From the NCBI GenBank assembly GCA_949841595.1, contig CATKZB010000001.1:170418-234417 (forward strand): a stretch of 64,000 bases of DNA, in the 5' to 3' direction. Positions within the stretch are counted from its first letter, which is position 1; each line of letters begins with the position of its first letter. This DNA is from an uncultured Christensenella sp. (lineage in GTDB: Bacteria > Bacillota > Clostridia > Christensenellales > UBA1242). A program made the position numbers and the translations under genes. Below are positions 9,800 to 18,374 of the stretch, one piece after another. The notes under the pieces are model-generated. The model saw nothing but the letters and a program-made list of their open reading frames with translations. It searched no databases and was not told the origin of the DNA.

Positions 9800-10960
9800 T
9801 TACCATTTTTCAAGTACTTTGTGTGTTGTTTCAAACCAAGAAAGATGTTTAATTTCTTCTTTCACAACAAGAGAAATTTTCTTTACCACATTGCCATTTT
9901 TTGTTACAGTAACCGTACCCACAACATCTCCTTTGTGAGTTGGTGCTTTAACAGAATTTTGAAGTTCTATTGAAGTTTCATATCCTGATTTGTCACCTTT
10001 TTTCACAACAGCTGCAAAACTTTCTTGTGCAAAAATGTCCACATTTTCTGTTTTACCTTTAACAACTGGAATTTGCGAAATTGCAACATCTGAATCTACA
10101 AGTTTTTCACTTTCAAAATTTGAAAAACCATAATTGAAAAGAGTGGCACTTTCATTAAATCTTGTTTTACTATTTTCTGCTCCCACAATAACTGAAATAA
10201 GTCTCATATCTCCACGTTTTGCAGAAGCTCCCAAACAACAACCTGCTTCATTGGTTGAACCAGTTTTTCCACCATCACAACCTTGATAATAACGAATAAG
10301 TCTGTTTGTGTTTACAAGTTCTGTTTCTCTTCCAGATGGATGAACAAGTTTGTCCATCCAAATTGTGCTGTAGTTGTGATATATTTCATGTTTTAAGATT
10401 TCTTTAAGAAGGATTGCAGTGTCCTTTGCTGAAGAATATTGTTCTGGTGCTGGAAGCCCTGTGCAGTTTGAATAATGAGTGTCAACCATGCCAAGTTCTT
10501 TGGCACGTTTGTTCATTCTGTTTGTGAAAGCTTTTTCGTTTCCATTGAAATATTCAGCTAGTGCCACACTCGCGTCATTTGCAGATGCCATGATAACTGA
10601 TTTCAACAAATCTTCAAAAGAATATTCAACATATGGATCTATAAAAACTTGAGAACCACCCATGCTGGAAGCATTTTCTGTGGTTGTTATCATTGTGTCA
10701 AGAGTGACATTCCCTGCTTCCAACTCTTCCAAAGAAAGCAAAATTGTCATCATCTTAACCATGCTGGCAACTGGCAAATGCTTTGTTTCATCTTTGGAAA
10801 ACAAAACTTCTCCACTGTCATATTCCATAAGAATAGCACTTTTGCTGGTGAGATCAACATCATTTGTTGCACTGACAGGAACAGCTACATTTCCAACGCC
10901 AATAACAAGCAGAGCAAATGCCAACAAACATAAAATCGAACTTTTAAAAATCTTGCTCAT
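9800..10960 (-). CDS. D-alanyl-D-alanine carboxypeptidase (S11, DacB/DacF-like)
   Basis: Signal peptide. SxxK motif in LPVASMVKMMT, and KTG motif in DGGKTGST. Start trimmed to ATG 10960, which has a GGAG SD. Confidence 0.85.
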   Translation of the reverse strand: MSKIFKSSILCLLAFALLVIGVGNVAVPVSATNDVDLTSKSAILMEYDSGEVLFSKDETKHLPVASMVKMMTILLSLEELEAGNVTLDTMITTTENASSMGGSQVFIDPYVEYSFEDLLKSVIMASANDASVALAEYFNGNEKAFTNRMNKRAKELGMVDTHYSNCTGLPAPEQYSSAKDTAILLKEILKHEIYHNYSTIWMDKLVHPSGRETELVNTNRLIRYYQGCDGGKTGSTNEAGCCLGASAKRGDMRLISVIVGAENSKTRFNESATLFNYGFSNFESEKLVDSDVAISQIPVVKGKTENVDIFAQESFAAVVKKGDKSGYETSIELQNSVKAPTHKGDVVGTVTVTKNGNVVKKISLVVKEEIKHLSWFETTHKVLEKW

Positions 10961-11020
10961 AAAAAAACTCCTTTTCGCTTTAGTTTTTTGCAAAAAAGAG
11001 TGTTTTATACCTATTGAAAA

Positions 11021-11644
11021 TCAAATAACCAAAATCACTTTTCCATTCAAAATAAAAAGCAAAAGAGTTTCAACCAAATTGATAAGCAGCAAAATCAAAA
11101 TCCCTATAAGCACAAACAAAAATCTGTTGCATTCACAATGTCCAAATTTATGACAATTGTTGTTTATTCTTGAGAAAATAAAGTAAAACATGATCAGCAC
11201 GAACAATGTCAAAAGTTGACAAGGCAAAACAATGATTACGGCAGTAAATATTCCACCTATTCCATAAAAAATGAAAATCAAAGCAAAGTTTAGTCCAAAC
11301 AAATAGCCCCTATACACAAACAATATTTGTGCCAATGGAAGCAAATAAACCGAAAACGAAAGTCCTGTCAAAATCACAATATTGACGCACAGTGAAAGGC
11401 TACGAGAAAAGAAAGCTGATGACGAAGCTACAAAACCAGAATAGAAATCTCCTAAAGAAATTTCCGTCAATTGGCAAAGCTCAAAAGCTCTGTTACTTTT
11501 TATTGCAATAAAAACTCCTGTGCACATTGCAATCAAAACAAATGTCAATGTCAAAATAATTTTTAATTTGTTTGCTTTGATTGCATTTACACAAGAAAAT
11601 CTTAAACCGTTAAAAAACGAATGTGTTTTATAGGATTTTATCAT
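11021..11644 (-). CDS. Polytopic membrane protein, SpoIIM-like (tentative)
   Basis: 207 aa with about 5 TM helices. Segments FVYRGYLFGLNFALIF and VLPCQLLTLFVLIM line up by eye with B. subtilis SpoIIM (LFLKGVVVGFTVGFL, VMPQNLILIPAYII). Confidence 0.4.
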   Translation of the reverse strand: MIKSYKTHSFFNGLRFSCVNAIKANKLKIILTLTFVLIAMCTGVFIAIKSNRAFELCQLTEISLGDFYSGFVASSSAFFSRSLSLCVNIVILTGLSFSVYLLPLAQILFVYRGYLFGLNFALIFIFYGIGGIFTAVIIVLPCQLLTLFVLIMFYFIFSRINNNCHKFGHCECNRFLFVLIGILILLLINLVETLLLFILNGKVILVI

Positions 11645-11668
11645 AAGATATATTTATTAAACAAGCCA

Positions 11669-11696
11669 TAAAAAAAGAACACAAGCCTCGTGTTCT
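11669..11696 (-). terminator. Terminator after miaA
   Basis: GAACAC-aagcctc-GTGTTC, followed on the minus strand by T7. Confidence 0.65.
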
Positions 11697-12604
11697 TATT
11701 TCAAAAATTCTTCAACCAATTTTTTGAGCTGTTTATAAGCAAAATCTTTATCTTCCACATCCACAAAATTCACATTTTCCATGCCACGCAAAAACGTAAG
11801 TTGTCTCTTGGCGTAATTTCTGCTGTGTTGCTTTAGCAATTCAACCATTTTGTGAATATCATATTCACCATTTAGGTAAGAAAGAACTTCCTTATAACCA
11901 ATTGCTTTCATACATTGATTTTCAAAAGTAAGTCCCTTTTTTTTAAGATTTTCAACTTCTTTAATCAAACCCTTTTCAAGCATGATGTCAACTCTTTTAT
12001 TGATGTCTTTATAGAGCATTTCTCTATCCCTATTCAGTGCAATAATCAGAGGCTCAATGTCCACTTCGTTTTTTTGTTTTTCTCCCGAAGAAAGTGCTAT
12101 TTCGACTGCTCTTACAAGTCTAACAGTGTTGAATTTGTCAGTTTTTTCTGCCATTTTGGGGTCTTTTGTTTTCAACATTTCAAAAAGGTAATCATTTCCC
12201 TTTTCTTTTGCCAAATTTTCCAACTCATTTCTTAAATTGTCGTCTTTTGAAATTCCACCAAAATTATAACCCTGTGTAAGCGCCTTAACATAGAGCCCTG
12301 TTCCACCCACAACGATTGGCGTTTTACCTTTAGCATAAATTTCATCTATTTTTTGCTTTGTATATTCAACAAAGTCATAAACAGAAAATTCTTCTTCTGG
12401 CTCTAATATGTCAATCGCATGATGAACGACTCCCTGCATCTCATCTTTTGTCACTTTTGCAGAACCAATGTCAAGTCCCTTATAAATTTGAACTGAATCT
12501 GAAGATATAATCTCTCCACCTATTTCTTTTGCCAATTTAACACTGAAATAAGTTTTCCCAACGGCAGTAGGTCCTAAGATGAAAATAACTTTTTTCTTCA
12601 TCAC
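11696..12604 (-). CDS. miaA: tRNA dimethylallyltransferase
   Basis: P-loop VIFILGPTAVGKT, then ...SSDSVQIYKGLDIGSAK... and ...HHAIDI... Confidence 0.92.
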   Translation of the reverse strand: MMKKKVIFILGPTAVGKTYFSVKLAKEIGGEIISSDSVQIYKGLDIGSAKVTKDEMQGVVHHAIDILEPEEEFSVYDFVEYTKQKIDEIYAKGKTPIVVGGTGLYVKALTQGYNFGGISKDDNLRNELENLAKEKGNDYLFEMLKTKDPKMAEKTDKFNTVRLVRAVEIALSSGEKQKNEVDIEPLIIALNRDREMLYKDINKRVDIMLEKGLIKEVENLKKKGLTFENQCMKAIGYKEVLSYLNGEYDIHKMVELLKQHSRNYAKRQLTFLRGMENVNFVDVEDKDFAYKQLKKLVEEFLK

Positions 12605-14571
12605 AAAGTCCTTTTAAACATTTTTTCAAGTTCTTTTCTTGAAATTCTGACAACAATAGGTCTTCCATGTGGACAAAGTGCCACTCCACCTTTCATCTCA
12701 TCAATAAGATAATAGATCTCTTCTTTTGTGACATCATCGCCAGCACGTATTGCATGTTTGCAAGCTGTTTGACAAAGTTTTTCGTTGATAAGACCACTTG
12801 CTGACTTTTCGTTGTAATTATCACCAGCTAATATCTCTTCAACAAATTTGTCCAGTTTTATACCAGAAAGAACAAATGGAATGCTCTTGATTTCAAAAAC
12901 ATCGTTTCTGTTTGTGATTTCAAAACCTAATTTTTCCAGATTTGAAAGTTTTGTTTCAAACAAATCTCTATCTTTTGCAATCAAGCTAAATGAATATGGC
13001 ACAAGCAAATCTTGCTTTGCAACATTGTTGTTTTCAACTTGTTTTTTAAGTTTGTCATAAAGTTGTCTTTCGTGCATAGCATGTTGATCAATAACATAAA
13101 CACTGTCCTCAAATTCGGTGATGATGTATGTCTTGAAAACGACTCCCAAAATTTTTATCTCTTCAGCTTTGATTTTTAAAAACTTTTCTTCAACAAACTT
13201 TGGCGTAACAAATTCTTGTTTTTCTTCCAAATCTTTTTTTACACTTATTTCAACTTCATGCAAAAGACTTTCACCAGAATGATCAAAAAAGATGTTTCCA
13301 CCAGATTTATTTTTGTTTCTTGCATCTGACTTCACACTTGAAAATTCTGGCATATTGATGATGTCTATGCCTTTTTGTTGGTATTCGCTTGGAGACGCAA
13401 TTTTTTCTTTGACAGTATCGTCATCAACAGAAACTTTGTAACTTGCTCCTTCTGTCTCAGACATTTTATCAAATTTTGATTTTTCAAACGCATCAAAACT
13501 TGTTTGTTGTGGATGTGCGTCGTTTTTTATATCAAATTTGCTCCAATCATCTTCATTTTTGCTTGTAAATTCAAAATTTGCAATAAGATTTGTTGAAATC
13601 AAAGCTCTTTCAACTGCTCTTCTAATTATTCCAAAAACTTTTGAAGAATTTTCAAACTTAACCTCTTTTTTGTTTGGATGAACATTGACATCCACTCTGT
13701 CAAAAGGCACTTCAAGCTTAATCACATAAATTGGAAATCTTCCTTTCATCAAGAGTGGCTCGTATGCACCTTGAACACAAGCCGAAACCATATAGTTTTC
13801 AACATATCTTCCATTAACAAACAAAGTTTGATATGTTCTATTTGGACGTGAAAACTTTGGAGAAACAACATAACCACAAACTTTCAAACCATCTTCTTCA
13901 TAATTCAGTTCAAGCAAATTATCGAAAACTTCTCTGCCATAAACCAAATAAATCACTTCGTTAAGATTTCCCGAAGCGTGGTTATAGATTGTTTTTCCAT
14001 CCACAACATATTCAAAATCCACTTCAGGATGAGCCATCATAAACTTTTCAATCAAATGAGTTATTTCACTCTCTTCTGATTTTGGTTTTTTGAGAAATTT
14101 TGCTCTTGCAGGAGTGTTGTAAAACAAATTTTGAACAACAAGTATTGTTCCATCAAGCCTTGCAACTTCTTTGACTTTTGATATTTCTCCACCATTAGCT
14201 TCAATTTGATATCCTGTGTCACTTTCTTTTGTTTTTGTGCTCAAACTAACCATTGAAACAGATGCAATGCTGGCAAGTGCCTCTCCACGAAATCCCAATG
14301 TGGCAATTTCATCCAAGTCATCAATATCTGAAATTTTGCTTGTTGCATGTGGCATAAAAGCAAGAGGCAGATCTTCTTTTGAAATTCCAACACCGTTGTC
14401 AGAAACAGAAATCTTTTTGATTCCACCTTCCACTATTTCCACTTTAATCTTTGATGCTTTTGCATCAAGACTGTTTTCCACAAGTTCTTTAACAACAGAC
14501 GCAGGCTTTTCAACCACCTCTCCTGCTGCAATACGATTATAAATTCTTGGTGACAAGACATTGATTGCCAT
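12601..14571 (-). CDS. mutL: DNA mismatch repair protein MutL
   Basis: N-terminal GHKL ATPase IAAGEVVEKPASVVKELVENSLDA...DNGVGI. C-terminal ...QHAMHERQLY...CPHGRP motif. Confidence 0.95.
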   Translation of the reverse strand: MAINVLSPRIYNRIAAGEVVEKPASVVKELVENSLDAKASKIKVEIVEGGIKKISVSDNGVGISKEDLPLAFMPHATSKISDIDDLDEIATLGFRGEALASIASVSMVSLSTKTKESDTGYQIEANGGEISKVKEVARLDGTILVVQNLFYNTPARAKFLKKPKSEESEITHLIEKFMMAHPEVDFEYVVDGKTIYNHASGNLNEVIYLVYGREVFDNLLELNYEEDGLKVCGYVVSPKFSRPNRTYQTLFVNGRYVENYMVSACVQGAYEPLLMKGRFPIYVIKLEVPFDRVDVNVHPNKKEVKFENSSKVFGIIRRAVERALISTNLIANFEFTSKNEDDWSKFDIKNDAHPQQTSFDAFEKSKFDKMSETEGASYKVSVDDDTVKEKIASPSEYQQKGIDIINMPEFSSVKSDARNKNKSGGNIFFDHSGESLLHEVEISVKKDLEEKQEFVTPKFVEEKFLKIKAEEIKILGVVFKTYIITEFEDSVYVIDQHAMHERQLYDKLKKQVENNNVAKQDLLVPYSFSLIAKDRDLFETKLSNLEKLGFEITNRNDVFEIKSIPFVLSGIKLDKFVEEILAGDNYNEKSASGLINEKLCQTACKHAIRAGDDVTKEEIYYLIDEMKGGVALCPHGRPIVVRISRKELEKMFKRTL

Positions 14572-14585
14572 TGTTTTTCTCCTTA

Positions 14586-17207
14586 TTATTTTTCTTCTTT
14601 AGCTCTTGAAATCAAATCATTCAAAACTTCAAAACTTTCAATTGGAGACATTCTGTTTATGTCCATGTCTCGCAAAATTGAAAGCAGTTGTTGCCCAAGT
14701 TTGTTGTTTTTTTCTTGTTTAGAGCGTTCTTCATCTTCTCCAAAGATGTTCATATCAAGTTTTTGATTGACCTTTTCAAGATTTAAACTTATCTCTTTTG
14801 CTCTTTCAATAACTTTTTCAGGAACACCAGCAAGTTGAGCAACTTCCACTCCAAAACTTCTGTTTGCATGCCCTCTGATGATTTTTCTTAAAAACACGAT
14901 AGTGTCATTTATTTCTTTGACTGTGACTTTATAGTTTTTCACGCCTTTAATGACACCTTCAAGTTCTGAAAGTTCATGATAATGTGTTGCAAACAATGTT
15001 TTGCAGTTAAGATTTTTTGAGATATATTCCACAACAGCCCAAGCAATTGAAAGACCGTCAAAAGTAGAAGTTCCTCTTCCAATTTCATCAAGCACAACTA
15101 AACTTCTGTCTGTTGCATTTGCCAAAATGTTTGCGACTTCACTCATTTCCACCATGAAAGTGCTTTGTCCAAACGCCAAGTCATCACTTGCCCCCACACG
15201 GGTGAAAATTCTGTCAGTTAAAGCAATTTCTGCACTCTTTGCAGGCACAAAACTGCCAATATGTGCAAGAAAAGTGATGATTGCAACTTGACGCATATAT
15301 GTGCTTTTTCCTGCCATGTTAGGGCCAGTGATTATCATCATTTTATTTTCATCGCAATCCAAAATCGTGTCATTTGTGATGAAACTGCCATCTTTAACAA
15401 ATTTTTCAACAACAGGATGTCTCCCTTCTTTAATGTCGATCTTTTTGACATTTTTGTTTATAACTGGTTTGCAAAAATTGTATTTTACGGCAACTTGTGC
15501 AAACGAAAGCAGTGCATCAATTTCCGAAATCTTTTTTGCACAGTCAGAAAACGCTCCCAGATAGTTTGAAAGGTATTCAATAAGCATTTTATACAGTTTT
15601 TCTTCCAATTTAAGTGCATTTTCAACAGAATTGAAAATTTTATCTTCAATTTTTTGCAAATCTTCCGTTGTGTATCTTTCAGAATTTGCAATTGTCTGTT
15701 TCCTTATGTAACGAAGTGGAACAAGATCTGTTTGTCCTTTGCTGACCTCGATGTAATATCCAAACACACTGTTTGACTGAATTCTCAAATTTTTTATGCC
15801 AGTCTTTTCTCTTTCAAGTTCTTCCAATTTCTGGCATTCTTTCTTGCCTATTTCTTTTGCATGTCTAAGTTCATCCAACTCTTGGTTGAATCCATCACGA
15901 ATATAACCACCGTCTTTCAAAAGTGCAGGTGGATTATCCACAATGGCAGTTTGCAAAAGTTTGACAATTTCACCAAAATCAACAATTTCATCTCTGTTTG
16001 AAACCAACTTCTTTGTCTTAACATTTGACAAAATACTTTTGATGTTTGGAAGTTCTGCCAGCGAATCTTTAAGCAAAATCAAATCTTTCGGCATGATGTT
16101 GCCATATGCAATTTTACCACTTATTCTTTCAATATCTTTGATTTTTGTCAAACTTTCTGAAAGTTTATCACGCATAATCAAATTTTTTGAAAGTTCTTCC
16201 ACACTGTCAAGCCTCTCGTTAATCTCTGTTGAACTTTGAAGTGGTTGATCAAACATTGACCTAAATTTTCTTGCACCCATGCTTGTTTTGGTGTTGTCCA
16301 TAAGCCACAAAAGTGAACCATATTTTTTTCGTTCTCTGATTGATTCCACAAGTTCGAGATTACGTCTTGTGTTCATGTCGATTATCATAAACTGGTTGTT
16401 TTTCACTTTAGTGATTTTATAGATATTTTTAAGTGATCTTTTTTGAGTCTCTTGCAAATATTCCAAAAGTCCACCAATTGCAGGAATGTCTTGTTTGTTG
16501 GTTTTAAGTTCAAACACATTCAAAGCATTTTCGCCAAATTGGTTTGTTATGTTTGCAACTGCCTTTTCATTGCCAAAAGCATATTCCATATATTCTTCAA
16601 ACTTTGGATAAACTCCAAAACGAAGCATTGGAAGAGAATTGTAAAATTCTTTTGCCTTGGCATTTCCAATAACTTCAGAAGGCATCACACGATTCAATAA
16701 ATCTGCAAAATTACTTTCAAGTCCACCATCAATGTGACAAAGATTGAATTCACCAGTTGTAATGTCACAATAAACAACAGAAAGCTTTTCGTTGTCCAAA
16801 AACATGGACATAATAAAGTTGTTTTTTCTTTCTTCAAGCATAGAGTCATCCACAACTGTTCCTGCTGTAACAACTCTCACAACATCTCGTTCAACAACTT
16901 TTACACCCTTCTTTGGTTCTGTCAATTGCTCACAAACGGCAACTTTATAGCCAAGCTCAACCAATTTTGCTATGTAATTTTCTGCAGCATGATAAGGCAC
17001 TCCACACATTGGAGCTTTTTCATCAAGCCCACAACTCTTTCCAGTTAAAGTCAAATCCAAAACATTTGAAATTTCAATTGCATCATCATAAAAAAGTTCA
17101 TAAAAGTCGCCCAAACGATAAAACAAAACGCAATCTTTATATTGCTCTTTTGTCTGTAAATAATGTTTCATCATTGCTGATGGTTCTTTCACATTTGTTT
17201 TGACCAT
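14586..17207 (-). CDS. mutS: DNA mismatch repair protein MutS
   Basis: 873 aa with MMKHYLQTKEQY...FYRLGDFYELF, Walker A TGPNMAGKST, and ...LDEIGRGTSTFDG...THYHEL. Confidence 0.96.
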   Translation of the reverse strand: MVKTNVKEPSAMMKHYLQTKEQYKDCVLFYRLGDFYELFYDDAIEISNVLDLTLTGKSCGLDEKAPMCGVPYHAAENYIAKLVELGYKVAVCEQLTEPKKGVKVVERDVVRVVTAGTVVDDSMLEERKNNFIMSMFLDNEKLSVVYCDITTGEFNLCHIDGGLESNFADLLNRVMPSEVIGNAKAKEFYNSLPMLRFGVYPKFEEYMEYAFGNEKAVANITNQFGENALNVFELKTNKQDIPAIGGLLEYLQETQKRSLKNIYKITKVKNNQFMIIDMNTRRNLELVESIRERKKYGSLLWLMDNTKTSMGARKFRSMFDQPLQSSTEINERLDSVEELSKNLIMRDKLSESLTKIKDIERISGKIAYGNIMPKDLILLKDSLAELPNIKSILSNVKTKKLVSNRDEIVDFGEIVKLLQTAIVDNPPALLKDGGYIRDGFNQELDELRHAKEIGKKECQKLEELEREKTGIKNLRIQSNSVFGYYIEVSKGQTDLVPLRYIRKQTIANSERYTTEDLQKIEDKIFNSVENALKLEEKLYKMLIEYLSNYLGAFSDCAKKISEIDALLSFAQVAVKYNFCKPVINKNVKKIDIKEGRHPVVEKFVKDGSFITNDTILDCDENKMMIITGPNMAGKSTYMRQVAIITFLAHIGSFVPAKSAEIALTDRIFTRVGASDDLAFGQSTFMVEMSEVANILANATDRSLVVLDEIGRGTSTFDGLSIAWAVVEYISKNLNCKTLFATHYHELSELEGVIKGVKNYKVTVKEINDTIVFLRKIIRGHANRSFGVEVAQLAGVPEKVIERAKEISLNLEKVNQKLDMNIFGEDEERSKQEKNNKLGQQLLSILRDMDINRMSPIESFEVLNDLISRAKEEK

Positions 17208-18331
17208 TATTTCTTTCCTTCTTCCTTTTGTATTTTCTTTTCAAGTACCAAAAGTTCGTTAACTCTTTTTTGTTTGATTTTTTGTGGAATTTGTCCTTCC
17301 ATTTTGCTTGCAACAGTTCCTTCCCTTGGAGAATACATAAATGCAAAAATGCTGTCATATTTCACTTCGCTCACCAAGCTCATGGTGTCCAAAAATTCTT
17401 CTTCTGTTTCTGTTGGAAATCCCACAATAAAATCCGAAGTAATTCGGCAATTTGGCATTTTCTCACGAATTTTTTTGATTATGTCAAGATATTTTTCTCT
17501 TGTATAACGTCTGTTCATCAAATGCAAAATTCTGTTGTTTCCACTTTGTGCAGGCAAATGTATATCCTTCAAAATCTTATCTTCACTTGCGATGACATCA
17601 ATAACTTCATCTGTCAAATCTTTGGGATGAGATGTCATAAACCAAAGTTTGAAATCCCCTTCAATTTGACAAATATCTTTCAAAAGTTTTGCAAACGAAA
17701 CACTTGGATTTAGGTCTTTTCCATAAGAATTTACATTTTGTCCCAAAAGAGTGATTTTCTTATATTTGCCTTCAGCAACAATCTCTCTTATCTCTTTTAA
17801 GATGTTCTCTTCTTTTCTGCTTTTTTCTCTTCCTCTCACATAAGGCACAATGCAATAAGTGCAAAAATTATTGCAACCTTGCATGATATTCACCCAAGCA
17901 TTATCTCCACTTGTTCTCTTATAAGGGATTGTTTCATCAATTTCGCCTTCTTCCAAAAGCTCCAACTGACGACCTTTTTTCACTGCATTGACATAAGCTT
18001 CAAAGTTTGGCAAATTAAAAGTTCCAATCACGATATCCACAAAAGGAAAAGTCCTCATAAAATGATTTGCAGTTGTTTCTTTTTGAGTCATACAGCCACA
18101 AACTGCAATAATAAGATTTGGTCTTTGCTTTTTTAACTTTTTCAAAGCCCCAACATTTCCAAAAACTCTATCTTCTGCCCCTTCTCGGATTGCACATGTG
18201 TTGAAAATGATAAGATCAGCCTCTTCCCTTCTGTCAGAAAGGGTATAGCCCATCTTTTCGCAAATAGCTGCAAGTTTTTCTGATTCATGCACATTCATTT
18301 GGCATCCGTAAGTAACTATGTAATATTTCAT
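17207..18331 (-). CDS. miaB: tRNA (i6A37) methylthiotransferase MiaB, apparently lacking the C-terminal TRAM domain
   Basis: YYIVTYGCQMNVHESE (MTTase N-domain) and CNNFCTYCIVPYVRG (radical SAM CxxxCxxC). The ORF stops at ...LEKKIQKEEGKK, 1 nt into the mutS ATG (TAATG). Start trimmed to ATG 18331; the track start is TTG 18346. Confidence 0.85.
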   Translation of the reverse strand: MKYYIVTYGCQMNVHESEKLAAICEKMGYTLSDRREEADLIIFNTCAIREGAEDRVFGNVGALKKLKKQRPNLIIAVCGCMTQKETTANHFMRTFPFVDIVIGTFNLPNFEAYVNAVKKGRQLELLEEGEIDETIPYKRTSGDNAWVNIMQGCNNFCTYCIVPYVRGREKSRKEENILKEIREIVAEGKYKKITLLGQNVNSYGKDLNPSVSFAKLLKDICQIEGDFKLWFMTSHPKDLTDEVIDVIASEDKILKDIHLPAQSGNNRILHLMNRRYTREKYLDIIKKIREKMPNCRITSDFIVGFPTETEEEFLDTMSLVSEVKYDSIFAFMYSPREGTVASKMEGQIPQKIKQKRVNELLVLEKKIQKEEGKK

Positions 18332-18337
18332 AACCCA

Positions 18338-18366
18338 ATTATACAAAAAAATAAAATTTTTAGCAA
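18338..18366 (-). promoter_or_regulatory. Promoter candidate abutting the miaB ATG (leaderless candidate)
   Basis: Minus strand reads TTGCTA-17 nt-TATAAT-tgggtt-ATG. No SD is present. Confidence 0.45.
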
Positions 18367-18374
18367 GTCAAAAA

